Assembly (NCBI RefSeq): GCF_028641065.1
Contig: NC_073407.1
Coordinates: forward strand, 124,001 to 188,000
Length of the DNA stretch: 64,000 nt
Direction of reading: 5' to 3'
Source: Leucoraja erinacea
Taxonomy: Eukaryota
Both the position numbers and the translations under genes were made by a program. The notes below the pieces were generated by a model that saw nothing but the letters and a program-made list of their open reading frames with translations, had not been told where the DNA came from and searched no databases. This document shows positions 1 to 10,819 of the stretch, piece after piece. Positions within the stretch are counted from its first letter, which is position 1. The number at the start of each line of letters is the position of its first letter.

Positions 1-2365
1 GTTGGAGACGAGGCAAAAATACCTTAGGAATTGACAAGATCATCCAAGGAATTTGCAGAAAGTCAGCCTGAGAAAGGCTCTTTATCATTTGGTGTACATT
101 ATTCCAGGGCAGAATGAAGTCATATGAGAGAAGCCAGAGAAAATTCTGCCGAGAAAATGCCGCTCTTCAGGAAGCAAAGCCACAGCTTGCAGCAACTGGA
201 AGAGACACAGATCACCACATAAGTAGCAACAATCAGTGCGAGCAGCATTGTTGATGGTTCCCCATTTTACTCAAATCGGATAGCTGGAAGCACCAGCACA
301 TTTTAGTATCCTAGAAGGGAACCTGCAGGCTTTGAACACCTTTACGCCAAAGCACTGATCAATGCACAAAGAAACTGTCAATCAAAGTCTCCATTTGCAA
401 TGTGCTCCCATTGGTTTCAGCACCTTGAGATCTGGCTTCATGCCTTCAATACATAAGTACGAGAGAAGCTGAGAAATGGAAAAACTGAAAGTTGAAAGCT
501 CTGCTCGTTTAGCAGCAAATATATTCTAATATTTTGCAAAAATGTTTCTTGGATCGTACAAAATTGTACTGTGAACACTAATCAAAGCATTTAACGATCA
601 AACATTGATTTTGGAAGCTTCTATTACTGAAAAATTATTATTCAGTTCCACCAGCCCATTAGCTTATTTTTCACATGCCCTGTATACGTATAAAATGACA
701 CAACTTTCCTTTCAGTTATAATTTCCTGATATGAACAGCTTGGATGTTGTTTGCTCCTTTAAACAAGTGACTGTCATATGAGGAAAGATTGAAAAGATTA
801 GGCTTGTAGTCACTGGAGTTTAGAAGGATGATGCGGGATCTTATAGAAACATATAAAATTATAAAAGGACTGGACACGCTAGATGCAGGAAAAATGTTCC
901 CAATGTTGGGTGAGTCCAGAACCAGGGGCCACGTCTTAGAATAAAGGGGAGGCCATTTAAGACTGAGGTGAGGAAAAAACTTTTCACCCAGAGTTGTGAA
1001 TTTGTGGAATTCCCTACCACAGAGGGCAGTGGAGGCCAAATCACTGGATGGATTTAGGAAAGAGATAGATAGAGCTATAGGGGCTATTGTAATCAAATAC
1101 GGGGAGAATATGGGGAGAAGGCAGGCATGGGTTATTGATTTGGGACGATCAGCCATGATCACAATGAATGGCGGTGCTGGCTCGAAGGGCCTAATGGCCT
1201 CCTCCTGCACCTATTTTCTTTGTTTCCAACCCTGTATATGAGGCCATACTGAAGATCCATTCTGACATGACGCATGGGCCATTGCTACTGGAGTCTGTTT
1301 ACAGGCCATCCAATCCAACTGGCCACATGATGTTTGAGGAATTAGATATAAAACTTAATACTTAAGTCCCGCGGACTCCGATCAAACATCTATTCTGGTA
1401 ATTTCATTATTCAGTTTCATCAGCCTGTTAGCTTATTTTTAACATGCCTGTTATACCTATAAAATGAACAGCTATCTACGGGGAGACGTCAAAGCACTGA
1501 ACCATCCAGAAAGTAAATTAGCAGTTGTAGAAAGGGCAAAAATACATGTAGAGCTGCAATAACTATCCAATGATCAGGCATATTAAAGTTGTCAGGGAGA
1601 ACCTTAGGCCAGGTGGCAATTTTGTGGGAGAATCTGGCAGGCTAAATCATGATGGCAAGAACAACACAGTGCAAGTACTGGGTGGCCCTACAGCATTCAA
1701 TTCATTGGAGAGAGGAAGAAACAAAATTGTTAGAGATGAGGCAAAAAAGCTTGGAGGTAGCAAGGCTTCCAAGGAAGTGATACAGCTTGAGAATCACTCC
1801 GTGTCATTTGGAGTACATTATTCCATGGCTGAATTCAGGAAAATAAGAAAAGCAAGAGAACCTCCTGCCTAGAGAATGCTGCTGTTCAGGAAGTAAAGCA
1901 ACAGTTTGCAGCAACTGAAAGAGACACGGATGAGCACATAAGAAACAACAATCAATGAGAGCAGCATCAAAGACAGGTCACCATTTCACTCGAATCCGAT
2001 AGCTGGAAGCACCAGTGCATTAGTTTCATACAAGGAAACCTGCAGTCTTTCACCACCCAACGCCAAAGCTCAGCTCACAAAGGAACTGTCAATCAAAGTC
2101 TCCATTTGCAAAGTATTCCCATTGGTTTCTGGAATTGTGGAATGTTTGTACTGTGGAAAATTGTGGAAAATTGTACTGTGAACAGTAATAAAAGCATTTA
2201 ACAGTGCTTTCAGTTGTAATTTCCTGACGTGACAAGGGTGGAGGTTGATCTTATAATCAAATGAACACAGTTTTAATTTAGCCTCACTGCACCTGGGGCC
2301 ATCCTGTCGGATCTATTGTGAAATCATGTATAGGCCATTGCCAAATTAAGTCTGCTTTACGGGTC
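1..2365. repeat. Diverged tandem duplication of an unidentified ~1.2-1.3 kb unit
   Basis: 1-760 aligns with ~1729-2250 and 1241-1310 with 2296-2365; 637-700 also recurs at 1407-1467. Confidence 0.8.
769..1227 (+). mobile_element. CR1 LINE 3' fragment
   Basis: LSYEERLKRLGL...NLWNSLPQRAVEA plus a CR1 3' UTR ending cctattttct. Confidence 0.9.
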
Positions 2366-2389
2366 TATATAAATGTAGTCGGGCGAGCT

Positions 2390-4065
2390 GGCCTCTATCG
2401 CTCTGAGACCAGGTGCCAATTGTCGAACACTTCCTCTTACTTATCCTTGGACCATGACCCCACAATGAGCACCAGGCCATAATATCGCAGACTATTTTTG
2501 ATTTTATCACTTCTGGCTGTCTGTCCTCCACAGCACCCAACGTTATCATTCCCCAGCCCTGCATGGCCTGGTGTTACTTTCTCCCCCAAATCCATAAACA
2601 GAACTGCCATGGCAGAGCCATTGTTTCTGTCTGCTTCTGTCCCACTGAATTCATGTTTGCACACCTCGACTTGACCCAATTCCTCCCATCTTATGTCCAA
2701 GCCACCTCACGCCCTTTGTTTTTTCAATGCTTCCATTTTCCAGGCCCCCACTCCCTCATCTTTACTATGGACATTCAGTAACTCGACACCTCCATTCCTC
2801 ACCAGGAAGGCCCCAAAGCCATCTGTTTCCTCATCAATCGCAGAACCAGCCAATTTCCCTCTACCAACACTCTCCTCGACCTAGCCGAGCTGGTCCTCAC
2901 TCTCAACTTCTCCTTCGACTCCTTCCACTTCCTCTAAATCCAAGGTGGAGCGATGGGCTCCATATGGACCTCATGGACCTCAGCTCTGCCTGCCTCTTTA
3001 TATGGTAGTCGAACCATTCCTATTCCACCTGTACACTGGTCCTATCCCTGAACTCTATCTCTGCTACATTGACGACTGCATCGGGGTTACCTCCTGCGCC
3101 CATGCAGAACACATGGACATCATTAACTTTACTACCAATTTCCATTCCGCACTCAAATTCAGTTGGACCATGTCCGACATCTCCCTTCCAATTCTTGATC
3201 TCAGTCTCCTTCACAAGAGATAGACTATCAACGGACATCTATTATAAACCTACTGACCCACAGCTATCCAGAGTATACTTATTCATATCCTTCCTCCTGC
3301 AAACACTCTATGCCTTACTCCCAATTCCTCATCCTTGATGAGGTGTTCCATACCAGGAAATCTGAGATGTCCTCATTCTTTAGGGAATGGGGAGGTTCCA
3401 CTCTTCCATCATATGGGTCCTCACATGGGTCTCCTCGGTAGCTCATAGCTCTGCTCTTGCTCCCTTTCCCTGCAGTTGCAACAGGGCCTGTCCCCCTATT
3501 TCTCACCTTTCACCCCATTAGCCATCATATACAGCACTTAATCCTCCGATATTTTTTGCAACCTCTTGGATCCCACCACTAGCCAGATATTCCCATGCCC
3601 ACCCCTTTCCGCTTTCCAGTGGAGATGCAACACCTGTCCCAGAACCTCCTCCCTTGAATCCATTCAAGGAACCCGACAGTCCTTTCGGGTGAGACGGAGG
3701 TTCATTTGCACATTCTCCAACCTCATCTACTGTAACTGCTGTTCCAGGTGTGGACTATATATCGATGAGATCAAGCGCAGAATCAGCAAACGTTTCACTG
3801 AACACCTCCACTCAGTCCGCGTAGGCCTACACGATCTCCCGGTTGCTAATAACATTTACTCCATCTCTTAATGGCATATTGACCTTTCTGTTCTGGACTT
3901 CCTCCACTGCCAGAGTGAGGCCCAATGCAAATTGTTGGAAGAGCACGTATTTCACTTGGGATACTTACAACCTGAGATGAAGAAGGGTCTTGACCCAAAA
4001 TGTCACCTATTCCTTCTCTCCAGAGATACTACCTGTCCCGCTGAGTTACTCCAGCATTTTGAGTC
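2390..4065 (+). mobile_element. Decayed Penelope-like retroelement (RT + GIY-YIG)
   Basis: YFLPQIHKQNCHGRAIVS, YIDD and LYIDEIKRRISKRFTEHL in shifted frames; PLE tail at ~3975-4065. Confidence 0.88.
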
Positions 4066-4239
4066 GATATCAGCGGTATTAATATTACATTTTCTAACTT
4101 GCTTGCTATCCTTGCTTGTCCTCCCTCTCCGTTCATCCCCCACCCTAGTTCTCCAACAAGTTTTACTGTCCTTCTGATTAATTTTACTGATTGTATGCCT
4201 CCTTGCCACCTTCCCCTCAGCTGACATTCTACATGAAAT

Positions 4240-6638
4240 TCAGTATCTTGAAACAGAAGATGTGGAGTTAGTATGGATAGAACTAAGAAATTGTAAGGGT
4301 AAAAAGACCCTAATGGGACTTATCTACAGGCCCTCAAACAGTAGCCTGGATAGGGACCGTATTAGAAACCTGGAGCAGCAGCTCGATGACCTCTGCCTGG
4401 TCAGGGAGAGTGAGGAGGTCATAGAGAGGAGTTATAGAGAGGTGGTCACTCCAAGACCACGGGAGGCAGACAAGTCGGTCACGGTTAGGAGGGGCAAGGG
4501 GCAGAGGCAGGGACTAGAGAGTACCCCAGTGGCTGTACACCTTGGCAATACTGTTGAGTACTGTTGGGGAGGGGCCAGCCTACCTGGGGGTAGCGACAGC
4601 GGCAGGGACTCCGGCACAGAGACCGGCCCTGTTGCTCAGAAGGGTAGGGAAAAGAAGAGGAGGGCAATAGTCATAGGGGAATCTATAGTTAGGGGGTCAG
4701 ATAGGCGATTCTGTGGATGCAGTCAGGAGACCCGGATGGTAGTTTGCCTCCTTGGTTCCAGCGTCTAGGATGTGTCTGAATGTGTCCAAGATATCCTGAA
4801 ATGGGAGGGAGAGAAGCCAGAGGTTGTGGTACATATAGGTACCAATGACATAGGTAGAAAAAGAAAAGAGGTCCTGAAGGAGAATTTAGGGTGTTAGGAA
4901 GAGACTGAGAAATGGGAAAGGTGTAGCAAAACTTATAGGGGTGTATAGGGGTGTGCTATAGACCGCCTAATGGGGAGCGAGAATTGGAAGAGCAAATATG
5001 TAAGGAGATAGCAGATATTAATAGTAAGCACAAGGTAGTGATTGTGGGAGATTTCAATTTTCCACACATAGACTGGAAAACACATTCTGTAAAAGGGCTA
5101 GATGGTTTGGTACTTAAGGAAGTAGCTCCAGAAATAGTGGATGCATTAGTAATAATATTTCAAAACTCTTTAGATTCTGGAGTAGTTCCTGAGGATTGGA
5201 GGGTAGCAAACGTAACCCCACTTTTTAAGAAGGGAGGGAGAGAGAAAACGGGGAATTACAGACCAGTTAGTCTAACATCGGTAGTGGGGAAACTGCTAGA
5301 GTCAGTTATTAAAGATGTGATAGCAGCACATTTGGAAAGTGGTGAAATCATTGGACAAAGTCAGCATGGATTTACGAAAGGTAAATCATGTCTGACGAAT
5401 CTTATAGAATTTTTCGAGGATGTAACTAGTAGCGTGGATAGGGGAGAACTAGTGGATGTGGTGTATCTGGACTTCCAGAAGGTCCCACATAAGAGATTAG
5501 TATACAAACTTATAGTACACGGCATTGGGGGTTCAGTATTGATGTGGATAGAGAACTGGCTGGCAAACAGGAAGCAAAGAGTAGGAGTAAACGGGTCCTT
5601 TTCACAATGGCAGGCAGTGACTAGTGGGGTACCGCAAGGCTCAGTGCCGGGACCCCGCTATTTACAATATATAATAATAATCTGGATGAGGGAATTGAAG
5701 GCAATATCTCCAAGTTTGTGGATGACACTAAGCTGGGGGCAGTGTTAGCTGTGAGGAGGATGCTAGGAGACTGCAAGGTGACTTGGATAGGCTGGGTGAG
5801 TGGGCAAATGTTTGGCAGATGCAGTATAATGTGGATAAATGTGAGGTTATCCATTTTGGTGGCAAAAACAGGAATGCAGACTATTATCTAAATGGTGGCC
5901 GACTAGGAAAAGGGGAGATGCAGCGAGACCTGGGTGTCATGGTACACCTGTCATTGAACGTAGGCATGCAGGTGCAGCAGGCAGTGAAGAAAGCGAATGG
6001 TATGTTAGCTTTCATAGCAAAAGGATTTGAGTATAGGAGCACGGAGGTTCTACTGCAGTTGTACAGGGTATTGGTGAGACCACATCTGGAGTATTGCGTA
6101 CAGTTTTGGTCTCCAAATCTGAGGAAGGACATTATTGCCATAGGGGAGTGCAGAGAAGGTTCACCAGACTGATTCCTGGGATGTCAGGACTGTCTTATGA
6201 AGAAAGACTGGATAGACTTGGTTTATACTCTCTAGAATTTAGGAGATTGAGAGGGGATCTTATAGAAACTTACAAAATTCTTAAGGGGTTGGACAGGCTA
6301 GATGCAGGAAGATTGCTCCCGATGTTGGGGAAGTCCAGGACAAGGGGTCACAGCTTAAGGATAAGGGGGAAATCCTTTAAAACCGAGATGAGAAGAACTT
6401 TTTTCACACAGAGAGTGGTGAATCTCTGGAACTCTGTCGCAGAGGGTAGTCGAGGCCAGTTCATTGGCTATATTTAAGAGGGAGTTAGATGTGGCCCTTG
6501 TGGCTAAGGGGACAGGGGGTATGGAGAGAAGGCAGATACGGGATACTGAGTTGGATGATCAGCCATGATCATATTGAATGGCGGTGCTGGTTCGAAGGCC
6601 CGAATGGCCTACTCCTGCACCTAATTTCTATGTTTCTA
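4240..6638 (+). mobile_element. Composite CR1 (APE pieces, ORF1 esterase fragment, RT, 3' UTR)
   Basis: IYRPSNS; AIVIGESIVRG (SGNH-like ORF1); VGDFNFPHIDW; NYRPVSLTS; (TTTCTATG) tail. Confidence 0.9.
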
Positions 6639-6755
6639 TACCAAGTGCTACTCCCCACTCCCACCACAGTAAAGATCGCCGAAAGACCAACGTGGGTACA
6701 TGTAACACACTGTAAATGGACAAAAACCATCTTGGAACAAGAGGAGGAGGAGTAG
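6639..6755 (+). pseudogene. pol: Retroviral integrase C-terminus remnant
   Basis: YQVLLPTPTTVKIAERPTWVHVTHCK matches the gamma/epsilon-retrovirus IN C-terminal motif and lies directly upstream of env. Confidence 0.8.
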
Positions 6756-6759
6756 GAAT

Positions 6760-8648
6760 TAAACAACGGCTGACGGCCTGTATAGGCCCAGTAACGATTG
6801 ATCCCTGAGAAATCTTCCCTCCAGATTGCACCCACGAATGGCAGCTATAATTGTGTCATTACTGATAGTCAACTGCCTGATAGACGGGGCTCTGGGGAAT
6901 ATGTCATCCGACTGAAGGAGGGGGGGACCAGTACATTCCGAGTTGACCCTTGTCAAGACTATGGGAGAAAGTGTGCTGACCGGGGAGACGCCACAGATGG
7001 GACATACGTGTGTCGAGCCCCCTGCACAGGATGGGCCTATGTGTTCCAACACTCAGAATGCGGGGGTTATAAGGATAGGAATGCAGAACAAGGGAAAAGG
7101 TGGTCTCTGATTAAACCCTCTACCCCGCACCACCGCCCCGGTTGGCAAACATTCGTAACAATAAAACAAATAAGTAAAAAGTATCTGGGGAATTATTATC
7201 TATGCGTTGATAAGGCGCTGGCCCAAGATAGGTGCTGTCAGTTCACACTAGAGGTGGAAGACCGGACTGAACTTAAAGCCACCCTAGAGCCGGATCCCAG
7301 CTTCGGCGATAGTAAAACCAGAAGAGCAGGCGATCAAAATAATCCCAGTAAAAGACCTGAAAAAATCCCTGGAAATCGAAACTGGGTATGCAGACGAGAA
7401 TGCTTGGCTGGAGTGGATGCGATATACAGCTAAGACTTTGGGGCAAAAGGATTGTTACGCCTGTGCTTCAGCCAAGCCACAACTCATCCCCACCCCATTT
7501 CCCCTTAAATTTTAGTAACTCGCCAGAAGGGGTCACATGTTCCCTGTTCATGGGGAAGGAAGCACCAAAGTATAAAAGCTGCTCAGACCTACATTATCTG
7601 TTCCCGGCAGTACTGAAGGACATGATCCCACCACCATTCACCATCCCAAAAAGGGCAAGATTTAATTGCTTCTCTGGGTGGAGTGAAGAAGGAAAGTTCT
7701 TGGGCCACTTGGGGAACTGTGTAGCTAGAGTAAAAATTTCCGGAGTCAAACCAGCAAGTCCCCTGCTGGGATTAGACGTCAACAGAAAGTTGTGAGGTCA
7801 GATGTATGGTGGTATTGTGGAGGTAGAATATTAAGAATAAAGCTACCCCAGAATTGGAAGGGAATGTGCGCAATGACGCAGCTGATAATGCCCTTCACCC
7901 TAGTAACCCTAAGGAGAGGCGAAGGAAGAGAGGACCCAGGAGAGATGGGATCAGGGAAGAGAATAAGGCGGGAACTAATTAAAGGATCGTTCGACGCCCA
8001 CATCTACATTGACGAGATCGGGGTCCCAGATGAGTTCAAGGCCCGAAATCAGATAGCCGCCGGATTTGAGTCAGTCGTTTTCTGGTGGTCAACCACTAAT
8101 AAGAATGTAGACTGGATCAACTATCTGTGCTACAATCAGCAGCGGTTCATTAACTACACAAGAGACGCCATAAAAGGCATGGTCGAACAATTGGATCAAA
8201 CTAGCTTAATGGCCTGGCAAAATCGGATGGCCTTAGACATGTTATTAGTGAATAAAGGAGGCGGGTGTGTCATGTTTGGGCCATCGTGTTGCACCTTCAT
8301 TCCAAATAACACTGCCCCGGACGGCTCAGTCTCCAGGGCCTTGGCTGGGTTAAAATCACTGGCAGAGGAGCTGGCCGAGAACTCCGGGGTTCATGGACAG
8401 GGTTCCTTGAAAGCTGGTTCGGGAAATGGAAAAATATTGTAATTTCTGCACTAACATCCTTCATAGTGATTACAGGAATATTGGCCGGATTGGGATGCTG
8501 TATAATTCCCTGTGTTCAAGGGTTGTCTCAAAAACTAATAGAAACAGCTCTTACAAAAAAAATGCAGATGGAATACGAGTTGATTCCTCAGAAGGGGATT
8601 GAGGAAGAAGAAGTGGACATTGACCTAATAGATACCTTCATGGCCTGA
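6760..8648 (+). pseudogene. env: Class I (HERV-I/gamma-epsilon-like) ERV env, frameshifted
   Basis: ETGYADENAWLEW and SU CxxC (CYAC); furin site RIRR; IGVPDEFKARNQIAAGFES; ISD QNRMALDMLL; CX6CC (CVMFGPSCC); TM anchor GCCIIPC. Split over several frames. Confidence 0.92.
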
Positions 8649-8748
8649 ACGGACCACCGTAGATGAACAGATTGCAGGAAGTCAAGAGAAAGTGCAAAGT
8701 TGTGAGCGAACCAGGGGACGCGGGAATTTTTGGAAATTGTTAATAAAT

Positions 8749-9220
8749 TGTTAGAAAATTGTATAAATAGGAGGAAAATGCTAGAAAAAAATCATTCCTA
8801 TAGCTATCGGGGACTGTACCTTTAAGAAAAATGTTTCTGCAAGCAGATGCTTGTTTGTAGACATTGCTCATCGCTAGTAACCGCCGACCCCGAACTATTT
8901 ACTCAGACAAGCAGCTGTAGTTTATCTTGTAGACATAAAGTTTACTGCTATTGCTGATTGTAGTTTGCACTTTGTACGACCTTGTTCGATATTATGTGCT
9001 GACTGTGGGTTTTTACTTTGCTTGACCTCATGAAAAGATAAGATTGTAGTCAAGACCTCCTTGTTTACTCCACTGTATAAAGGACATGCGTGGGGAGCTG
9101 CTTCGGCAGAGAGACTCCTGCAGACTTTTGTACACTGTGTGAATCTCTCTCATGTATTAAACATTCAAGTTATATCCTAATTACTGTGGCTGTCGTTTGT
9201 TGGGAAAAATATTTCTAACA
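8749..9220 (+). mobile_element. ERV 3' LTR
   Basis: Inverted termini TGTTAGAAA...TTTCTAACA, TATAAA near 9076, ATTAAA near 9156. The left boundary could be ~20 bp further upstream; no clean PPT seen. Confidence 0.7.
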
Positions 9221-9771
9221 CCACTCACTCATCTCCCCACTGCCGTCAGATAGAAGGTACAGGAGTCTGAAATCTGCAACATCCAGGTTCAGGAATAGCT
9301 ACTTCCCCACAGCCATCAGGCTTTTGAATGTTCAGGAACTCAATTTATCAATGAATAAAACTATTTTGAACATTAATAGCCCATGCACTTCATCCTATTG
9401 CTGTATTTATGCTTATTTTATATATATATATAGTCTATCTGCAACATCCAGGTTGTACTTATCAGGCTATATATACTCTATANNNNNNNNNNNNNNNNNN
9501 NNNNNNNNNNNNNNNNNNNNNNNNNNNNNNNNNNNNNNNNNNNNNNNNNNNNNNNNNNNNNNNNNNNNNNNNNNNNNNNNNNNNNNNNNNNNNNNNNNNN
9601 NNNNNNNNNNNNNNNNNNNNNNNNNNNNNNNNNNNNNNNNNNNNNNNNNNNNNNNNNNNNCACTGATCTGTTCTGTATTTATATGTCTACTATATTCTGT
9701 TGTGCTGAAGCAAAGCAAAAATGTCATTGTCCTATCTGGGACACAAGACAATAAACTCTCTTGAATCTTGA
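9221..9771 (+). mobile_element. Rex1/Babar LINE 3' end (spans assembly gap)
   Basis: LPSDRRYRSLKSATSRFRNSYFPTAIRLLN; AATAAA plus (TCTTGAA) tail. Confidence 0.7.
9483..9660. other. Assembly gap (178 N)
   Basis: Run of N. Confidence 1.
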
Positions 9772-9780
9772 GATGAATCT

Positions 9781-10060
9781 AGGATATTGCAGCAGGACCT
9801 TGCACCATGCCACACATTAATAATAGCGATCCAATGTTTCCAATAGAAGGAGATACGTTTATTGGACTGGCCTGGCAACTCACCTGACCTGAATCTGAAT
9901 GTGAATTTGTGGTCAATTATCAAGGAGAGACTGAAAGGAACTGATTTTACCACAGGACAGAAGCACATCAAGGCCTTATCTGTGATATTGGGATGAAAAG
10001 AAATCTTCAGAAATTGTTAGGACCTGGTTGATCCCATGCCAACTCACGTCAAAGACTTTA
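9781..10060 (+). mobile_element. Tc1/mariner transposase remnant
   Basis: ILQQDLAPCHT and LLDWPGNSPDLNLNVNLWSIIK correspond to the Tc1 QQDNAPCH and WPxxSPDLNPIENLW motifs. Confidence 0.8.
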
Positions 10061-10229
10061 CAAAGAACTGTGGTACACATATAATCTACGAAATACACAA
10101 AAAATACCATGAGAATGAATAAAATATATTCCTGTGACATGTATGTTGATGTTATATCCAAGTGTATGCATGATTCAATGAGTTTCCACATCGACCACTC
10201 ACATCTTTCGCACTTTCACATCCACTACC

Positions 10230-10398
10230 TCCACGCTAAGGGCAATTTACAAATGGCAATTAACTTACAAACCTGCATGTCTTTGGGATGTGGGAGGAAA
10301 CCAGAGTGCCTGGAGGAAACCCACATGGTAGCACCCGAGGTCCGGATCAGTCCCAGGTCACTGGATGTGAGGCAGAAACTCTAACTGTTGTGCCACCC
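10230..10398 (-). mobile_element. HE1/V-SINE, decayed
   Basis: Reverse complement has a tRNA-like head (ggtggcacaacagttagag) and the V-domain gtttcctcccaca. Confidence 0.75.
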
Positions 10399-10819
10399 AC
10401 TACTTATGTTCGTATATTCAGCATGCCAAATCATAGGATATTTAAAATTGCAATGGTTACGAGGGGTTTAGATGCTCTAATACCTATAATTGTCCTTGGA
10501 TAGTGAATTGGAAGTGTTCCCCTGAGAATAGTGAAAATCTGACAGAAAACCCGAGCAGATGCGACTCCAGCTCTTCTATTGAAACAGGACTAAATGAGAG
10601 ATTATGAAGTTTCCAATGACATGAATAATTCGTATCTATGAGGGTTTGGTAGGTACTGCATTGTGTTCCTTGTTGCTGATTTAAACCAAGGACTCCTGAT
10701 AGCCAAACAAAAATTGTTGCATTAGATATTATTGGTTTATTACTGTCATATGTACCGAGATACAGTGACAAACTTGAGTTTTGTGACAGCTTGTCCCAGC
10801 TAATAATTTATATCAGATA

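Noticed and set aside
1241-1440. LINE endonuclease-like motif (LLESVYRPSN...GNF) in the tandem unit
   Set aside because: Not conserved in the second copy at 2296-2365; may be chance.
6798-8648. Co-opted syncytin-like env gene
   Set aside because: The env is split across several frames with stops; no continuous ORF.
9324-9764. ORFs spanning N runs (also 35831-36403)
   Set aside because: Artefacts of assembly gaps.
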